64,000 nt of DNA from an uncultured delta proteobacterium. Lineage in GTDB: Bacteria > Desulfobacterota > Binatia > Bin18. Below, in pieces: positions 61,294-64,000 of this stretch. The notes under the pieces were generated by a model. The model saw only the letters and a list, made by a program, of their open reading frames with translations, ran no database searches and was not told the DNA's origin. Both the position numbers and the translations under genes were made by a program. Location: assembly GCA_963733195.1 (NCBI GenBank), contig CAVTCR010000060.1, positions 64,799 through 128,798 of the forward strand, given 5' to 3'. Every line of letters starts with the position of its first letter. The stretch's first letter is position 1.

Positions 61294-64000
61294 CGCTGAT
61301 CAAGATCCTGGATCAGGTACGGGTGCTACTGCAAGCAAAAGGGCGTGTCACTTATCGCCTGCTCCAAGTGCAGTTTCAGCTGTCCGATGATGCCCTTGCC
61401 GCCCTCAAGGAAGAGCTCATCGAAAGCGAACAGGTCGCCATCGATAAAGACGGGAAAGTACTGGTATGGATCGGAACGACAAGCGGGAGAACGAATACGC
61501 GGATGGAAAGTACTCACTTCCCTCAGTCTTCAGTCCCTCGACCTCCCGAGGCCGAACGGCGCCAATTGACGGTGATGTTCTGTGATCTGGTGGGCTCCAC
61601 GCGCTCTCCGCCAACTCGACCCGGAAGAGTACCGGGAAGTCGTGCGCGCCTATCAGCAGGCAAGTGCCGCCGTGATTGACCGTTTTGACGGCCATATTGC
61701 GCAGTATCTCGGCGATGGGCTGCTCGTCTACTTTGGTTATCCCACCGCGCATGAGGATGATGCGGTGCGCGCCGTGCGGGCGGGTTTAGGATTATCGCGG
61801 CCGTGCATGCCCTAAGACGCGGCCTCACCCATCGCTCCAGGTCCGCATCGGCATTCACACCGGGTTAGTCGTCGTTGGCGAAATAGGAGGAGGCAGCCGC
61901 CAGGAGCAGTTAGCTTTGGGCGAGACGCCTAACATCGCGGCCCGTATCCAGGGACAAGCTGCACCTGATGAAGTGGTGATCAGCGCAGCTACCTATCGCT
62001 TGGTCGAGGGCTTATTTGATGTGAAGATCGCGGGCAACCAGAACTCAAAGGCGATAGCGACTCCGCTGACACTCTATCGTGTGATCAAAGAGGGCGAAGC
62101 CCAGAGTCGATTTGAGGTGGTCGTACGCAAAGGGCTCACCCCCTGTGGGGCGAGAACACGAATATGGGCTATTACGAGAACGCTGGGCGCGGGTGAAAGA
62201 CGGGGCAGGACAGGTCGTGTTGCTCAGCGGCGAGCCAGGCATTGGCAAATCACGCTTAGTGGAAGCGCTCAAAGACCGTCGAGCCGAGGGCGCACGCTGT
62301 CTGGAGTTGCGTTGTTCGCCCTATGCGCAGAACAGTGCGTTGCACCCGATCATTGAGTCATCTGCAACGGCGGCTGCAATTTCAGCGAGAAGATCTCCCG
62401 GACGAAACTAGAGAAGCTCCAGCATATGCTGAGTCCGGTCGCTTTCCCGCAGGCGGAAACGATTTCCCTCCTGGCGGCATTGCTGTCGTTACCCCATCCC
62501 GCAAGAGTTACCCGCCTTTTCACTCTCAGCCCCCAGAAGCGGAAAGAGAAAACACAGGAAGCCCTCGTGGCCTGGCTGTGTGGAGGAAGCGGAGCAACAG
62601 GCGGTGGTCTGCGCCTGGGAAGATCTGCACTGGGCTGATCCCTCAACGTTCGAATTCCTCACGCTCTTGCTGGAGCAAGTGCCCACGACGCGGCTGCTAG
62701 CGGTGCTGGCGTTTCGACCCGAGTTTATGCCGCCCTGGGGTACCGTTCCTATCTCAGCCAGCTAACGCTCAGTCGGTTGGACGGAGCCAGTAGAGACGAT
62801 GGTGGAGAGAGTGACCGGCGGCAAACGCTGCGCAGAGGTAGTGCGACAGATTGTGACAAGACCGATGGGGTGCCGCTGTTTGTGGAAGAGTTGACCAAGA
62901 TAGTGGTGGAGTGAGCTTGGTCAGAAGAAGCAGGAGCATTATGAGTTAACGGGTCCGCCTCCCCACTCGCGATTCCTCGACCTTGCAAGACTCGCTGATG
63001 GCGCGACTTGATCGCTTAGGGATCCGCAAAGAGATCGCCCAACTGGGCGCAACCATCGGGCGCGAATTTACTTATGAGTTACTCCAGGCCGTCTCCCCAA
63101 TAGACGAGGGGACGCTTCAGCAGGGTTGCGGCAGTTAGTGGACGCCGAGCTGCTCTATCAGAGTGGGCTTCCACCCCGGGCTACGTATCTCTTCAAACAT
63201 GCACTGGTCAGGACACGGCCTACCAGTCGTTGCTGAAGAGCGGCGCCAGCAGTTCCATCAGGAGATGGCCCAGGTGCTTGAGGAGCGGTTTCCTGAGACA
63301 AGAGACCGAGCCTGAAGAGTTGGTACATCATTACACCGAAGCTGGCCTTATTCGGCCATTCCGTATTGGCAGCGGGCGGGAGAGCGCGCCACCCAGCGCT
63401 CGGCCAATGCGGAAGCGATCAGTCACCTCACGAAGGGGCTGGAAGTCGTCCCAACTCTGCCAGATACTCCAGATCGTGTCCAGCAAGAACTAACCCTGCA
63501 GCTCGCCCTGAATGATGCCTTGGTCGCTGTCAAAGGCTACACGGCCCCAGAGGTGGAGAAAACCGTAACTTGATCCCCGGGAACTGTGCCAGCAATTTGG
63601 GGGAGATGCCCCAGCTCTTCTCCGTACTGAATAGACTGTTTTTGTTTTATTTTAATAGGCGAGAGTTACAGACGGCACTTGAGCTGGCGGAGCAGATGAT
63701 GCGCCTTGCCCAGAGCGTCCAAGACCAGTATCTCCTTTCGATAGCTCACACGGGACTAGGGGTGACATTGTACTACCTTGGAGAGTTGCTTTCGGCGCGA
63801 GCAAACTTGGAGCAGGCGCTTGCTCTGTATGACCCCCAGACGCACCCTCGCCCCCGCCGTTGGTACGGCTGACCCGAGGGTGGATTGCCTCTCCTTTGCA
63901 TCTTGGACCCTGTGGCGTCTTGGCTATCCAGAGCAGGCCCTGAAGCGGAGCCATGAGGCACTGACCTTAGCCGCAGGGGCTGTCTCACCCTTTTAGTCTG
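61290..64000 (+). CDS. Class III cyclase + STAND ATPase + TPR protein (copy 3); heavily frameshifted, runs off window
   Basis: [54 protein letters not shown]; ATGA overlap with copy 2. Confidence 0.85.

Noticed and set aside
57828-64000. Calling cyclase copies 2 and 3 true pseudogenes
   Set aside because: Indel density rises towards the window end while the motifs stay conserved, as expected for low coverage or mis-polished paralogues; cannot be settled from this sequence
53790-64000. Diversity-generating retroelement acting on the TPR regions
   Set aside because: No reverse transcriptase in the window, and the differences between paralogues are not visibly adenine-specific

Overview
Chromosomal window, probably from a Binatota/Myxococcota-like 'deltaproteobacterium' (inferred from gene content, not proven). 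It looks like an unpolished long-read assembly: single-base frameshifts break several conserved genes (lnt, pilT, ispD, uvrB) and become dense in the last ~10 kb. The first ~42 kb is mostly housekeeping: mnmE'-jag-yidC-yidD-rnpA-rpmH, lnt-prfB (programmed +1 frameshift), rimO, dksA, carboxylase subunits, etfBA, pilT/pilU, ispD-carD, comEA, uvrC-comEC, hisS-aspS, kdsD and uvrB. The standout features are: (1) a tandem array of three class III nucleotide cyclase-STAND ATPase-TPR genes with non-canonical purine-specificity residues, with a zeta-toxin-like/partner cassette translationally coupled inside it; (2) a self-contained sigma54-activator -> fliA -> flgM cascade with readable sigma54 and sigma28 promoters but no flagellar genes, next to competence genes; (3) a ligA-ligB-hpaB aromatic catabolic cluster with no flavin reductase, but with a divergent DHODH-fold flavoprotein whose active site is rewired; (4) a Thermus-type rnpA ORF that fully overlaps rpmH; (5) degenerate 7/8-nt tandem arrays, often as inverted pairs, in intergenic gaps and in-frame in protein linkers.
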